From assembly GCA_043228905.1 (NCBI GenBank), contig JBHGNT010000002.1:12028001-12092000 (forward strand): 64,000 nt of DNA, in the 5' to 3' direction. Positions 32,933 to 44,152 of this stretch are shown one piece after another. Both the position numbers and the translations under genes were made by a program. Origin of the DNA: Azolla caroliniana. Taxonomy: Eukaryota > Plantae > Polypodiophyta. The notes below the pieces were generated by a model that had not been told where the DNA came from, searched no databases, and worked only from the letters and a program-made list of their open reading frames with translations. Within the stretch, counting starts at the first letter, position 1. Each line of letters starts with the position of its first letter.

Positions 32933-35326
32933 CTAAACGGCTGTGTTCAATATAAATGGCGCTGGTGGCGGAAACAACCATCGAGGTGGAACATAATTCC
33001 ACTTTACATCTTCCCCTGTTGCATCCAAAAAAATAGGAATGGTTGACCAGACTCTTCTAAGTCGCTTTCTTTTCCGGTTAGGCCCATTTCCACAACCCTT
33101 ATAGCTATCATATTCACCTTTAACTATATTTACCAATAATTCCCAGAAAGATTTAACTTGATCCACAACATTAGTATCTTCATCATTATATATTTTAGAA
33201 CACCTTGCTTTCCAAATAATCCATAAGGCCAACGAGGAAATAAAGTTCCAAACATAACACCTAGAAAAGAACTTGACTCCCTGCAAGGAGCTATTCGTAA
33301 CGTACACCTGAAAACTTTTCACATGTAAAGTCAATGATGAATTATGATAATGATAAAAAACAGTTTCTTGATCCAACGTACCCCAAAAGATTGTACCCCA
33401 CGTGAATTTAGTAGCCCTATACTTACGACTTAAAAGCCTAAGAATACGAGCCCAAAAACATTTGGCCGTAACACATTCCCAAAAAGCATGATGTAATGTC
33501 TCATATGCCCAGCCACACCTACCACATGATCGATCAGGTATTGTTCCCCTCAATAAAGCTCCTACTGGCAATGCATAATGAATCATTAACCATCGAAAGT
33601 GCAATACCTTGTTCATACATTTAAGCGACCAAAGGTGTTTCCAAAACTTCAACATATATGTAGATGAGACATTACCTTCCTCCCAATATTTTTTTCCTGC
33701 CGGAATTGACTCTATCTCATTTAACAAAAACTTCCTACCCAGTGACACAGAATATGCAAAAAATGGAAGAACTTTCTCTTGCGTACTATCAGACATTGGT
33801 AACTTCCAACCATAATCTAATGGATCCCACTGCAAATCAACAATTGGTCTAGAATTTAAAACCCATATATGAGATGAATACTTAGCAATTAGTGGATTAG
33901 GATCTATAAATATCTTTTTTCCCAACCTAGCTATTACTCTCACTGGCAGCTGCCTGGCAGAAGACACAATTGAAGACTCCTCCTCCACTACCAACAACCT
34001 ACCATTATCGCAAACTTCATAAAAGTAAAGGCTACCATTTTGAGTATACAGACGAGCTCCTATTAGTATATTTAATCTCGAAAACATACCATACCAATTC
34101 AAACAATGACCAAAACTCAAAGTTGGTAATGTTACCTGATACACCGTTGACACTTGAGTTATCATAATGTTTGCCCCTCTGAAATTAGACACCCTACTCT
34201 TTTGGTCTTGCACTGAAGTCTGCAGGAAAGCAATCCAATCCGCAACCGTACGAGCTGGTCCGTTATCCATTGCAGCCCAAGATAACCTAGGTCGTAAACC
34301 TAAGACACATGCCGCTTCATCAGTAAACAAAGGATTCCATAACAACGGCTGACGCATTAATTGATGATATGTTTTTGGTGGCAAAAAAACCAGCGCTCGA
34401 CGAATACTTTCCCATGCCCTTAGAATGCCATTAAAAAAACTAAAGGACCCAACTGTCGATTTAGACAGCGGAAAATCTGAATTAAAGAACCATCTAAGAC
34501 TATCACGCCAATTACCACCAACCGATGGTTTTAATTTATATAAATGACACATCCAAAACTTTTTCCATAACTCTTGTCCAGGCAATAAACACCTAACAAC
34601 ATGTTTAACAAGTAATGCTTTACTTTGCATGAAAGGATCAATCAAACCTAAACCTCCTTTATGTTTGGGTTGTATAAGAACCGACCAAGCTACCTTTGCT
34701 ATAGTATTGTGTACCGTATCATTTCCCCAAATAAAATTCCATACTAGACGTTGAACTCTAAGCATAATGGACCTAGAAAACAACCATGTAGAGGCTATAT
34801 ACCAAACAGATGATAAAAGCACAGAATTAGCAACAACTACACGTCCAGCTAAGGATAACCTTTCCTTCTTCCAATATATTAGCTTATTTCTTAATCTTAC
34901 CAATAAGGGCGCAATCATATCATCTACCTTTATTCCTAACCCTACTCTACATCCTAGATACCTAATGGACTGTCCTTTCGGAATCCACGAGAAACCTGCG
35001 CTAGGCGCGTTAACTGGAGGGTTTCCCGAAGCCACCCAAAAACCTGATGACTTATCCCAATTGATCACTGCACCCGATGCATCTGCGAAGTCATCCACAG
35101 CTTTTTGAACCTGCACCAAATTAAATTGTGAGGCGTGAATATAAAGAGCTGTATCATCAGCAAACTCACTATCAACGCTAGCATCTGCAAATGGCAATGC
35201 TAGACCTTTTATATTAACCTGCTGAGAATTTAAATATACAGAAAACGCTTCAGATACTAATAAAAACAAAAAAGGAGCAAGTGGACATCCTTGTCTTACT
35301 GATCTTGAAATAGAGAAACGCCTACC
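32933..35326 (-). CDS. LINE ORF2 C-terminal part (RT 3' half, zf-RVT zinc finger), uninterrupted but 5'-truncated
   Basis: SVRQGCPLAPFLF, EFADDT, INWDKS, IRYLG, LSLAGR, KVAW..GGLGL, CGRC..ETLHHAFWEC, LWIIWKAR. Confidence 0.93.
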   Translation of the reverse strand, partial: GRRFSISRSVRQGCPLAPFLFLLVSEAFSVYLNSQQVNIKGLALPFADASVDSEFADDTALYIHASQFNLVQVQKAVDDFADASGAVINWDKSSGFWVASGNPPVNAPSAGFSWIPKGQSIRYLGCRVGLGIKVDDMIAPLLVRLRNKLIYWKKERLSLAGRVVVANSVLLSSVWYIASTWLFSRSIMLRVQRLVWNFIWGNDTVHNTIAKVAWSVLIQPKHKGGLGLIDPFMQSKALLVKHVVRCLLPGQELWKKFWMCHLYKLKPSVGGNWRDSLRWFFNSDFPLSKSTVGSFSFFNGILRAWESIRRALVFLPPKTYHQLMRQPLLWNPLFTDEAACVLGLRPRLSWAAMDNGPARTVADWIAFLQTSVQDQKSRVSNFRGANIMITQVSTVYQVTLPTLSFGHCLNWYGMFSRLNILIGARLYTQNGSLYFYEVCDNGRLLVVEEESSIVSSARQLPVRVIARLGKKIFIDPNPLIAKYSSHIWVLNSRPIVDLQWDPLDYGWKLPMSDSTQEKVLPFFAYSVSLGRKFLLNEIESIPAGKKYWEEGNVSSTYMLKFWKHLWSLKCMNKVLHFRWLMIHYALPVGALLRGTIPDRSCGRCGWAYETLHHAFWECVTAKCFWARILRLLSRKYRATKFTWGTIFWGTLDQETVFYHYHNSSLTLHVKSFQVYVTNSSLQGVKFFSRCYVWNFISSLALWIIWKARCSKIYNDEDTNVVDQVKSFWELLVNIVKGEYDSYKGCGNGPNRKRKRLRRVWSTIPIFLDATGEDVKWNYVPPRWLFPPPAPFILNTAV

Positions 35327-35498
35327 AATTTACCTATCTTCTCAAACTTCATTTTCACATAACTTGATATATTTCTCCATTTTGTATATAGTAAAATACG
35401 TTTTAAAGCTCTTGAGTATATCTATCTTTCTATAGTAAGCTACTAATCTAATCTATAATAATTATTTCATTACTTTTTTACATAGTGTGAGAAGATTC

Positions 35499-38400
35499 TG
35501 ACAGGAACTACACGCTCCCGATGAACAACGCTCGGCCACAACCGAGTCTAAGCTCAAACACAGAAAACGGATAATGAATACACGACACACATGAGAGAAG
35601 AGTACATAGGATGTTTAACGTGGAAAACCTTGAGAGGGAAAAACCACGGGAGTCCACAGACTCCAAACTATCACTATATCACAATGATTACAACAGTAAG
35701 CTCACGGAGGCAACAACCTCGTGCTCACGATCTTCGCCACAGGCGGCGGTTACAACAGAGGCAACGACCTTTTCCTCTCTCTCTCTCTCTCTCTCTGTAC
35801 ACTGTTACGCGCTCTCTAGTTTTGTGCCAACAAGAATGACAACAACATCTTTAAGTTTGCCCTAAGTCATATTTATACTAATATGACTTTTCGGCTATTT
35901 ACAAATATAGGCCCGATGGACTCTCAGAAACATATTTACAAATATGTCCCTTCATCCGGTGAGCACTTCTCACCGGACCTGCATCATTCGGCTCTTGCCG
36001 GGCACTTGTCATCCGGTTCTCATCGGGTCTTACGTAGTCGGGTACTCTTCATCCGGTTCTCATCGAGTCTTCCGTAGTTGGGTACTCTTCATCCGGTTCT
36101 CACCAGGTCTTCACCATCCGGCTCTTGCCAGGTACTCGTCATCCAGTTCTCACTGGGTCTTCCGTTGCCGGGTACTCCTCATCCGGTTTCTCATCAGCAT
36201 TGTTCTTCTCACTTCCCATCCGGAGGGACCTGTTTCCTAACAAACTCCCCCTTCACTCCTACTAGTCTGATCCACTTCCGGCATGCATCCAGCATGTCGG
36301 GTATCAGTACTTTGGTCAGCATATCTGATCCGTTCTCGGCCGTGTGGATCTTCGTCAGCGCGAACTCCTGGTCATCTACTCTTTCCCGGATCCAGTGATA
36401 CCTTCGTTGGATATGCTTCGTCCGGGAATGGTAGGCCACATTCTTAGCAAGGTGGATGGCACTTTGACTGTCGCAATAGAGCCGGTATTCATCTTGCCGG
36501 ATACCGAGCTCTCTGATGAAGTCCTTCATCCATAATATTTCCTTGCCGGCTTCCACAGCCGCCATGTACTCCGCCTCCGTGGTTGACAGCGCAACCGTCT
36601 TATGCAGCCTCGACTGCCACGAAACAGCTCCCCCTGCATATGTCATTACATACCCGGATGTAGACCGGCTGGTATCCACATCAGCCGACATGTCCGAATC
36701 GGTAAAAAAGTCAAGTTGAGGTTTACCGAAGCCGAATCAGAGACACATATTTGAAGTGCCCTTCAAGTAACGAAGTATCCATTTGACTGCGTTCCAATGC
36801 TCCTTGTCGGGATTGCTCATAAACCGGCTCACCACTCCGACTACGTATCCTATATCCGGTCGGGTACACACCATTGCATACATTAAGCTCCTAACGGCAG
36901 AGGCATATGGAACCTTCATCATATCCGCCTTCTCTGCTTTCGTCTTCGGGCTTTGCTTACCGGATCACCTACAGTTTGCCGAAAGTGTCGATCCGACCGG
37001 TTTCGCGTCTGACATGTTGAACCGCTGAAGCACCTTTGTCACGTATTTCTCCTGTGACAGCCACAACTGCTTCTTTGACCGGTCCCGGATGATATGCATC
37101 CCCAACATCTGTCTTGCCGGACCCAAGTCTTTCATTGAGAAGGTCCGGTTGAGAGCCTTCTTCAGCATCCGTATTTTGGCTTGGTCTCGTCCGACGATCA
37201 ACATGTCGTCCACGTATAGAAGGAGTATCAGGAAGTCGCCTCCTTCAAACTTCTTCACAAACACGCAGTGATTGGCCTGCGTCTTGTGGTACCCTTGATC
37301 GGTCATGAAGGAGTCGAACTTCCGGTACCATTGCCGGGGAGCCTGCTTCAGTCCGTACAGGCTCTTCTTCAACCGGCATACCAGGTGCTCCTTCTCTTTC
37401 TCCACGAATCCTTCTGGTTGCTGCATGTAGATCTCCTCTTCGAGGTCACCGTGAAGAAATGTCGTCTTCACATCCAGCTACTCTACCTCGAGGTCCATGC
37501 TTGTCGCTATACTCAGCACCGTCCGGATGGAGGTCATCTTTACTACCGGGGCAAATATCTCGTCGAAGTCCACGCCCTTCTTCTGCTGGAACCCCTTCAC
37601 CAAGATCTTGGCTTTGTATCTCGGGGGGTTGCCGGCATCTCCCGGTTTCAACTTGTACACCCACTTATTTCGGAGTGCCCGCTTTCCTTTTGGCAACTCC
37701 ACCAATTCATACGTATGGTTCTCATGCAGGGAGTCCATCTCATCCTGCATGGCACTTAACCATTTGCAGCTGTGGGTGTCATCCTTCGCTTCTTCGAAGC
37801 TTTCTCTGAGAGGATATCTCCGTCTTTGGCCTTCGGCAACCGGCTCCACTATTTGATCTTCATCCGAATCTGATTCAGGGTCTTGGCCGGTTCCGGTTTC
37901 AGCTTCCTCTACTTCTTCTTCTGCCGGTTCGGTATCCACACCGTAACCGGCTGGTTCCTCGAATGTTAACCGGTCTCTTGTCGGTTGGGTCTCCTCATCG
38001 TAGAATCGATCCTTACCTGTCGACTCGGAGTTCATTATCTTCTTCTCTGACTCCCAGTCGGCGAGCGTCTTGTCCTCCATGAAGATAATATCTCCACTCC
38101 GGAATACCTTCTTGTCGAGCAGGTTCCACACTCGGTAGCCGAACTCATCGTCGCCGTAACCGAGGAATATGCATGGCCGGGTCTTTGGATCCAACTTTCC
38201 TCTCCGGTCCTTAGCTACATGAACGTACGCGAGACACCCGAATACCTTCATATGCCGGTAGGACACTTCCTTACCGGTCCAGACTCTCTGTGGTGTGTCT
38301 CCGTCCAAGGGTACTGAGGGTGATCTGTTTATCACATATGTCGCCAGCGACAATGCCTCAGCCCAAAACTTCTTGGGTAGCTTTGCATGCGCCAGCATAC

Positions 38401-40983
38401 TCCAGACCCTCTCCATTATGGTCTCGTTCATCCTCTCGGCTAGCCTGTTTAGTTCCGGCATCTTCGGCACGGTAAATTCGAGCCGGATTCCCTTCAAGCA
38501 ACAATACTCCTTGAACTGCCATCGATATTCGCCTCCGTTGTTTGCTTGAACCGCCTTCAGTTTCTGGTCGGTTTCTCTTTCCACTCTCGCGTGGAGCTCT
38601 TTGAAGACGGATAACACCTGATCCTTCGTCTTCAACAGTGTGGCCCATAGCTTCCGGCTGTGGTCATTTATGAACGTCACGAAGTACTGCGATCCTGCAT
38701 GTGACTTCGTGTCCACTTGACACACATCCGTATGCACCAACTCCAGTGGTGCATTACATCTCATCGGTGGCCTCGATCGGAAGGAGGTCCGGTTTTGCTT
38801 TCCGGCCAGACAATCAGTGCACTTCTCCAAGTGCACGTTCTTCACTGGAATGAGGTTGTCGTCTGCAAGCCTCTTCATCCCCTTCTCGCTCATGTGACAC
38901 AGCCTCTTATGCCACAGCTCACCGGCAGTGTCGGATGCCACGTTCACTTCCTCCGGACATAACCGGGCATTCATCAGGTACAGTGTGTGTTTACCTTCCG
39001 GGCCCGAGCCACAATCGGGCTCCCTTTGCTGAACTTCATAACACCGTTCCGGATGCTACTCGTGTAGCCTTCATCATCTAGCCGATCGGCTGATATCAGG
39101 TTCAGACGAACCTTCGGAACGTGTCGGACATCCTTCAACAGCATCTTGCATCCGGTTGGTGTTGTCAGCCACACGTCTCCTATGCCGACAATTCGGCATG
39201 TACCTTCATTCCCCATCCGGACATAGTCGTGATCACCGGCTGAGTAGGATGAGAAGCATTTCCGGTTCGGGGTAAGGTGGAACGACGCTCCGGAGTCGAC
39301 CACCTAGGTCATCTCGTCATCGGCAAGATTTATGTCACTCTCCTCGGTGATGAGCATCAACTCTTCTTCACTTGCCGCGATTGTTGTCGTTCCCTTCCGG
39401 TCCGGTCTTTACCGTTCCAGTCCGGTGCCCGCTTCGAATCGGTACCGTCGGTTTCCTTGCCTTTTCGGAAATGCCGACAGTTCTTCTGGAAGTGTTCCGG
39501 CTTGCCGCAATAGAAGCAAGTAGGCCTCCCCCTTGACTTTGACCGCGTCCCCGACTTTTCCCGATTCTGGGGACTACGGTTCCTTTGTCTTCCGCGTTCC
39601 GATTCGGTAAGGAGCGCTTTGGAGTCGGAGCTCGTATCCTTATCTTTCCGACGCACCTCCTCATCTAGCAAACTCGACTTCACTCTTGCTAGGGATATCC
39701 GTTTCCCTTCCGGCCCGGCGTTGCTCAAAGTGACAACCAACGTCTCCCAGCTATCTGGGAGGGAACCGAGCAGGAGTAGCGCTAGTACCTCATCGGCGAG
39801 AGGTACTTCCAATGATGTTGCTTGGTGGATCAACCCCTGGAAGGCATTCATGTGCTCCGCCATGCTGGAGCCATCTTGGTACCGGAGTCTTACTAGCTTC
39901 TGGAATACCGAAACTTGATTAACAACATTTTTGTTTTGAAACATAATGTCGATCTTCTCCCAGAGCTCATGAGCTTTGCTCTCTTCATTGAAGTTGTTGT
40001 ATAGGCTCATGTCGATGAAGCACCGTATGTACGCCGTTGTCTTCATGTGCATCACCTCCCATATCGTGGCGTCGATTTTGTCCGGTCTCTTGTCCCCGAA
40101 CTGAACCGGCAACCAAAGATCTTTAACCACGAGCATGTCCCTCATCTTCGACTTCCACACCGAATAGTTGGAGCCGGTGAGCTTGAACATGCCTCCCAAC
40201 GAATCGTCCATTTTCTGTGTCGTTTCGCTTTGATACCACTTTGACAGGAACTACACACTCCTGATGAACAACGCTCGGCCACAACCGAGTCTAAGATCAA
40301 ACACAGAAAACGGATAATGAATACACGACACACAGGAGAGAAGAGTACACAGGATGTTTAACGTGGAAAACCCTGAGAGGGAAAAACCACGGGAGTCCAC
40401 AGACTCCAAACTATCACTATATCACAATGATTACAACAGTGAGCTCACGGAGGCAACGACCTCGTGCTCACGATCTTCGCCACAGGCGGCGGTTACAACA
40501 GAGGCAATGACCTTTTCCTCTCTCTCTCTCTCTCTCTGTACACTGTTACAAGCTCTCTAGTTTTGTGCCAACAAGAATGACAACAACATCTTTAAGTTTG
40601 CCCTAAGTAATATTTATACTAATATGACTTTTCGGCTATTTACAAATATAGCCCCGATGGACTCTCAGAAACATATTTACAAATTTGTCCCTTCATCCGG
40701 TGAGCACTTCTCATCGGGCCTGCATCATTCGGCTCTTGTCGGGCACTTGTCATCCGGTTCTCACCGGGTCTTCCGTAGTCGGGTACTCTTCATCCGGTTC
40801 TCACCGGGTCTTCACCATCTGGCTCTTGCCGGGTACTCCTCATCCGGTTCTCACCGGGTCTTCCGTAGTCGGGTACTCTTCATCCGGTTCTCACCGGGTT
40901 TTCCGTTGCCGGGTACTCCTCATCCAGTTTCTCATCAGCACTGTTCTTCTCACTTCCCATCCGGAGGGACCTGTTTCCAAACA
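35499..40983 (-). mobile_element. Full-length Tork/Tnt1-like Ty1/copia element (5.5 kb)
   Basis: LTRs 35499-36242 and 40242-40983, PBS TGGTATCAAAGC 40227-40238, PPT GAAGGGGGAG adjacent to 36242, TSD GATTC/TATTC. Confidence 0.95.
36209..40211 (-). pseudogene. Tork-type gag-pol with stops and frameshifts
   Basis: KLTGSNYSVWKSKM, CFYCGKPEHFQKNC, VDSGASFH, LWHKRLCHMSEKG, VDFDEIFAPVVKMTSIR, LLYVDDML, RTKHIQRRYHW. Confidence 0.93.
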
Positions 40984-42314
40984 TATTCAAACGACACCGT
41001 TTGAGCTAGACCCCATACATCAGAATGAATTATGCCGAGTACACCTTTGCTCACGTTCCGCTCCTTCGGAAATGGGTGCCGATGTTGCTTGCCAAATTGG
41101 CAAGCGGCACACACGCCTTCAATCTCTTTCTCCGTGGATGTCAGGAGCCCGATGACGACTCCTTTCGATTGCATTGCCTTGAGCTTTTGGAGGTTGATAT
41201 GGCCAATCCGCTTGTGCCATAACTCTATGTCGGAATCGGCTTTCATGCCCTTTGCGAACATGGCCAATTTCATCTCGTGTGAGTCGATAATGAACATTTG
41301 GCCCTCTTTTTCGATGAAGCAACCGCCTTGATTAAATCGTACTTGCATTCCTTGCTCTACAATTTGGCTGACGGAGACCAAATTCTTCGTGATAGTTGGT
41401 ACATGAAAGACATTTTTAATATAAGTTTGCTTACCTTCTTCTCCGAACGGAACATTGCCGATGTGCCGAATCGGGTGTGTAGTGTCATCTCCGGTTTCAA
41501 CATAGCTGGGTCGGTCCAGCTCTCGAAGTTCTCGGAGCCATTCTTGATGCGATGTCATATGGTTCGAGGCACCGGAATCGACGAACCATACATCTTCCGG
41601 ACCGGAGGCACTAGTAGAAGTAGAGGCCGACATAGAATTCGCTCTATGTCTCATCACGAACATTCCGCCGCGATCATCATAGTCAGAGTTGATGGCGTAG
41701 TTGGTGAGTTGTCGGCTAGTGGAAGCCGACTCGCGTATCTTCTTACGGCATTCTTCTTCGTGGTGGCCGATTTTTCTACAATATCCGCATTCAATTGAGG
41801 TTTGTCGGCTCGGACCGGAATGGTGGTTCCCCCTTCTTCCGAAGGTTCCCCGATGGCCTCCATCTTGTTGCCGTAATTGAGAGTTGTTTTTGTAAATCGG
41901 TCTGTCTCATGCTTGGCCGAATCGGCCTCTTCTTGTACAGTCGCGTCCTCTTCCTCCGTCCTAATGCGTGTAGAGCATGTGGCCTTCCGAGGCGTTGCTC
42001 CTCGTTCGAACATGATTCTCTTCGACCAACAACATGGATTGAGGATCGAAGAAGGAGCGTGGATTCTCCTATGCTAGTACGACAGTCCGAATCGCGCTGA
42101 ATCGTGGTGCAAGGCCGCCGAGACATACTTGCACCATCTCGTCATCCTCCACGTTTACGCTTATCGAGCCGAGCGAATCACAAAGCTCCTTGATCTTCAG
42201 GGTGTAGCTCGTGATGGACATATCCCTTTGTTGGATCTTATTCAACTCTTGGCAGAGTTGAAGCTTTCTCGCGGTAGTGTTAGCGGCGAAAATCTTTCGT
42301 AGATTCTCCCACGT

Positions 42315-43044
42315 TGTCGTGCCTTTCGGCGCTAGATCGTTTGCGTGAGTCGGGTGGGAACCACTGGGGTTTTGGACTAGGAGGAGGAAGAATTTGAGAC
42401 AAGTTTATAGTTATGGATAGATTATTAGAAAGAGAGATAGAAATCTCGTGAATCCCACGAGTATATTGTATTCGATTAATCAATGTTTAGATAAGAATAT
42501 GTGTTTAGATTGAAAGAAAGAGATTAAAAAGAACTTGTGAATCCCACAAGTATAGATTATTTCGTGAATCCCACGAATATAGTTTGTTAATTGGTGTTTT
42601 AGGAAATATATCCAATTTCCAAATAATCCACACACCACCCTATTACATTGTGCTCCTCATCCTTATATAGTGATGAGAGAGTCTTTACAATCCATGCTTT
42701 TTCTCTAACTATAGACTCCATGCTTTTTCTGTCGATAGACTACATGCTTTCTTTAACATGCTTTTTCTAAAAGTGATCATGCGTTTTTTTATTATTATCT
42801 AACTATAGCTTTTTTATCTAGAAAATATACGTGAAATAAACCTTCTATATGGGATGTCTACTTTTTGAACATTAATGAAATGCTAGTGTAATGGTAAGAC
42901 ATTACATTATTAACATGGAAGTGCAAGGTTCAAATCTTGCCCTATGCATGTATTATTTATTTTGAGATTTTCTTCTATTTCTTCATATTTACTAAAATGT
43001 TACTTTATAAGTTTTTCATGTAGTGTATGAAATACACTACGACA
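42315..43044 (-). mobile_element. Solo-LTR-like insertion (730 bp) with TGTCGT...ACGACA termini
   Basis: Splits copia gag (AKTTKEA|WENL); 4-bp TSD ACGT/ACGC; CTATATAAGG on the minus strand at 42661-42670. Confidence 0.85.
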
Positions 43045-43484
43045 ACGCTTCCTTCGTCGTCTTGGCTTCTCAAATTTACCCAAGCATGTGGTCGTGAACA
43101 CATGTCGCCAAACAATACATCACTCGGTTTGCCACTTGCTCCCACGTTGCATAGTCGGTTTCTTCCGGGTTGGGCCGATTTTCTGGTGCTCCTTTGATGT
43201 AGCTCCAATAGCCTTGGCCGACAAGGTATTGGTGCATCTTGTACTCCCAAGATGCAAAGTTGTTGCGATCCAACTTCTCGCTAGGGAGAGCGCTCCCCAT
43301 TTGAGTATTCATTGTCGATGTAGATTTCTTCCTTCTTTTCTTTTCCTTCTCTCTCGAACATGAGCTATGTAGTCGCACTACGATAGCGATGAGCTGGTTC
43401 TTCTTGAACGTCGGCATAGAGCACAACACACGATCACAATGAGGTGAGTGGGCGAGATTGAGCTACCAAATCGCTCTAATACCA

Positions 43485-43940
43485 TGTAAAGAATCAGATA
43501 TGATTCTTGTGTAGCGGAAGAGATGTGTGTTATGTGTATGTGTGAGAGGAATTAGAGAAGAGAATAGAAACACAAGATAGATAAGCTAGAGAAATGAAAT
43601 ACTCAAGAAGAAGATGTATATTCACAAGTAGAATGAGAAATACAAAAATGTAGCATTACAAGGAGTCACAACCGACTTCGTATGAAGTATGAGGAGGGTG
43701 CTTTATATAGAGTCACCCTCTCTCTTCATTAACTTACAACAACCACTCTCTCTCTTGGGGAATGTGAAGACTCATAGTCATGGGGAATATGTAACTCATT
43801 AGTTATGTGTCATAGAATATGATTCTATGACACATAGTTAATGTGTAGAGAGTAGTGGTGTGACTCTTGACCTTTGAGTAATCATAGATTCTCAAAAGGT
43901 GTGTTCACACGTTGTGCTATGCTGAGCTTGATTCTCAACA
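43485..43940 (-). repeat. 5' LTR (456 bp) of copia 28360-43940
   Basis: TGTTGAGAATCAAGCTC...ATTCTTTACA, like LTR 53460-53850; next to PBS. Confidence 0.88.
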
Positions 43941-44152
43941 GTTTATAAGTATAAATATACTTAGGGCAAACATAGAAAGATATAGAACAGAACAGAAGGT
44001 GTTGAATAGAGTTTTTTGTAGAGAGTAACAGAGAGACACTAGAGAGAATCTTAAAGAGCAACGCCATAGCTGAAAGACAGTAGACACCAAGAGCCATGTG
44101 TGGCTGATACACTCTGTACGAAGAGTGTTGTATTCTCATATCCCTTGTATTC

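Larger units (their letters stand above)
31141..35326 (-). mobile_element. 5'-truncated L1-clade LINE (4.2 kb)
   Basis: 14-bp TSD AATTTACCTATCTT (31127-31140, 35327-35340); short A-tail; truncated within RT. Confidence 0.92.
29818..40996 (-). mobile_element. Large solo-LTR-like insertion (~1.5 kb net) with TGTCGT...ACGACA termini, containing a LINE and a Tork copia
   Basis: 4-bp TSD TCGT/CCGT; host integrase frame rejoins; CTATATAAAC on the minus strand at 31079-31088; internal repeat blocks. Confidence 0.82.
28360..43940 (-). mobile_element. Ty1/copia element truncated within RT, host of multiple nested insertions; relative of 53460-58897
   Basis: 5' LTR 43485-43940, PBS 43473-43484, gag 43045-43310 and 41700-42314, PR/IN 40997-41663, rejoined as HSDVWGLAQT|TSFGGCRY with IN/RT 28360-29817. 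Confidence 0.92.
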
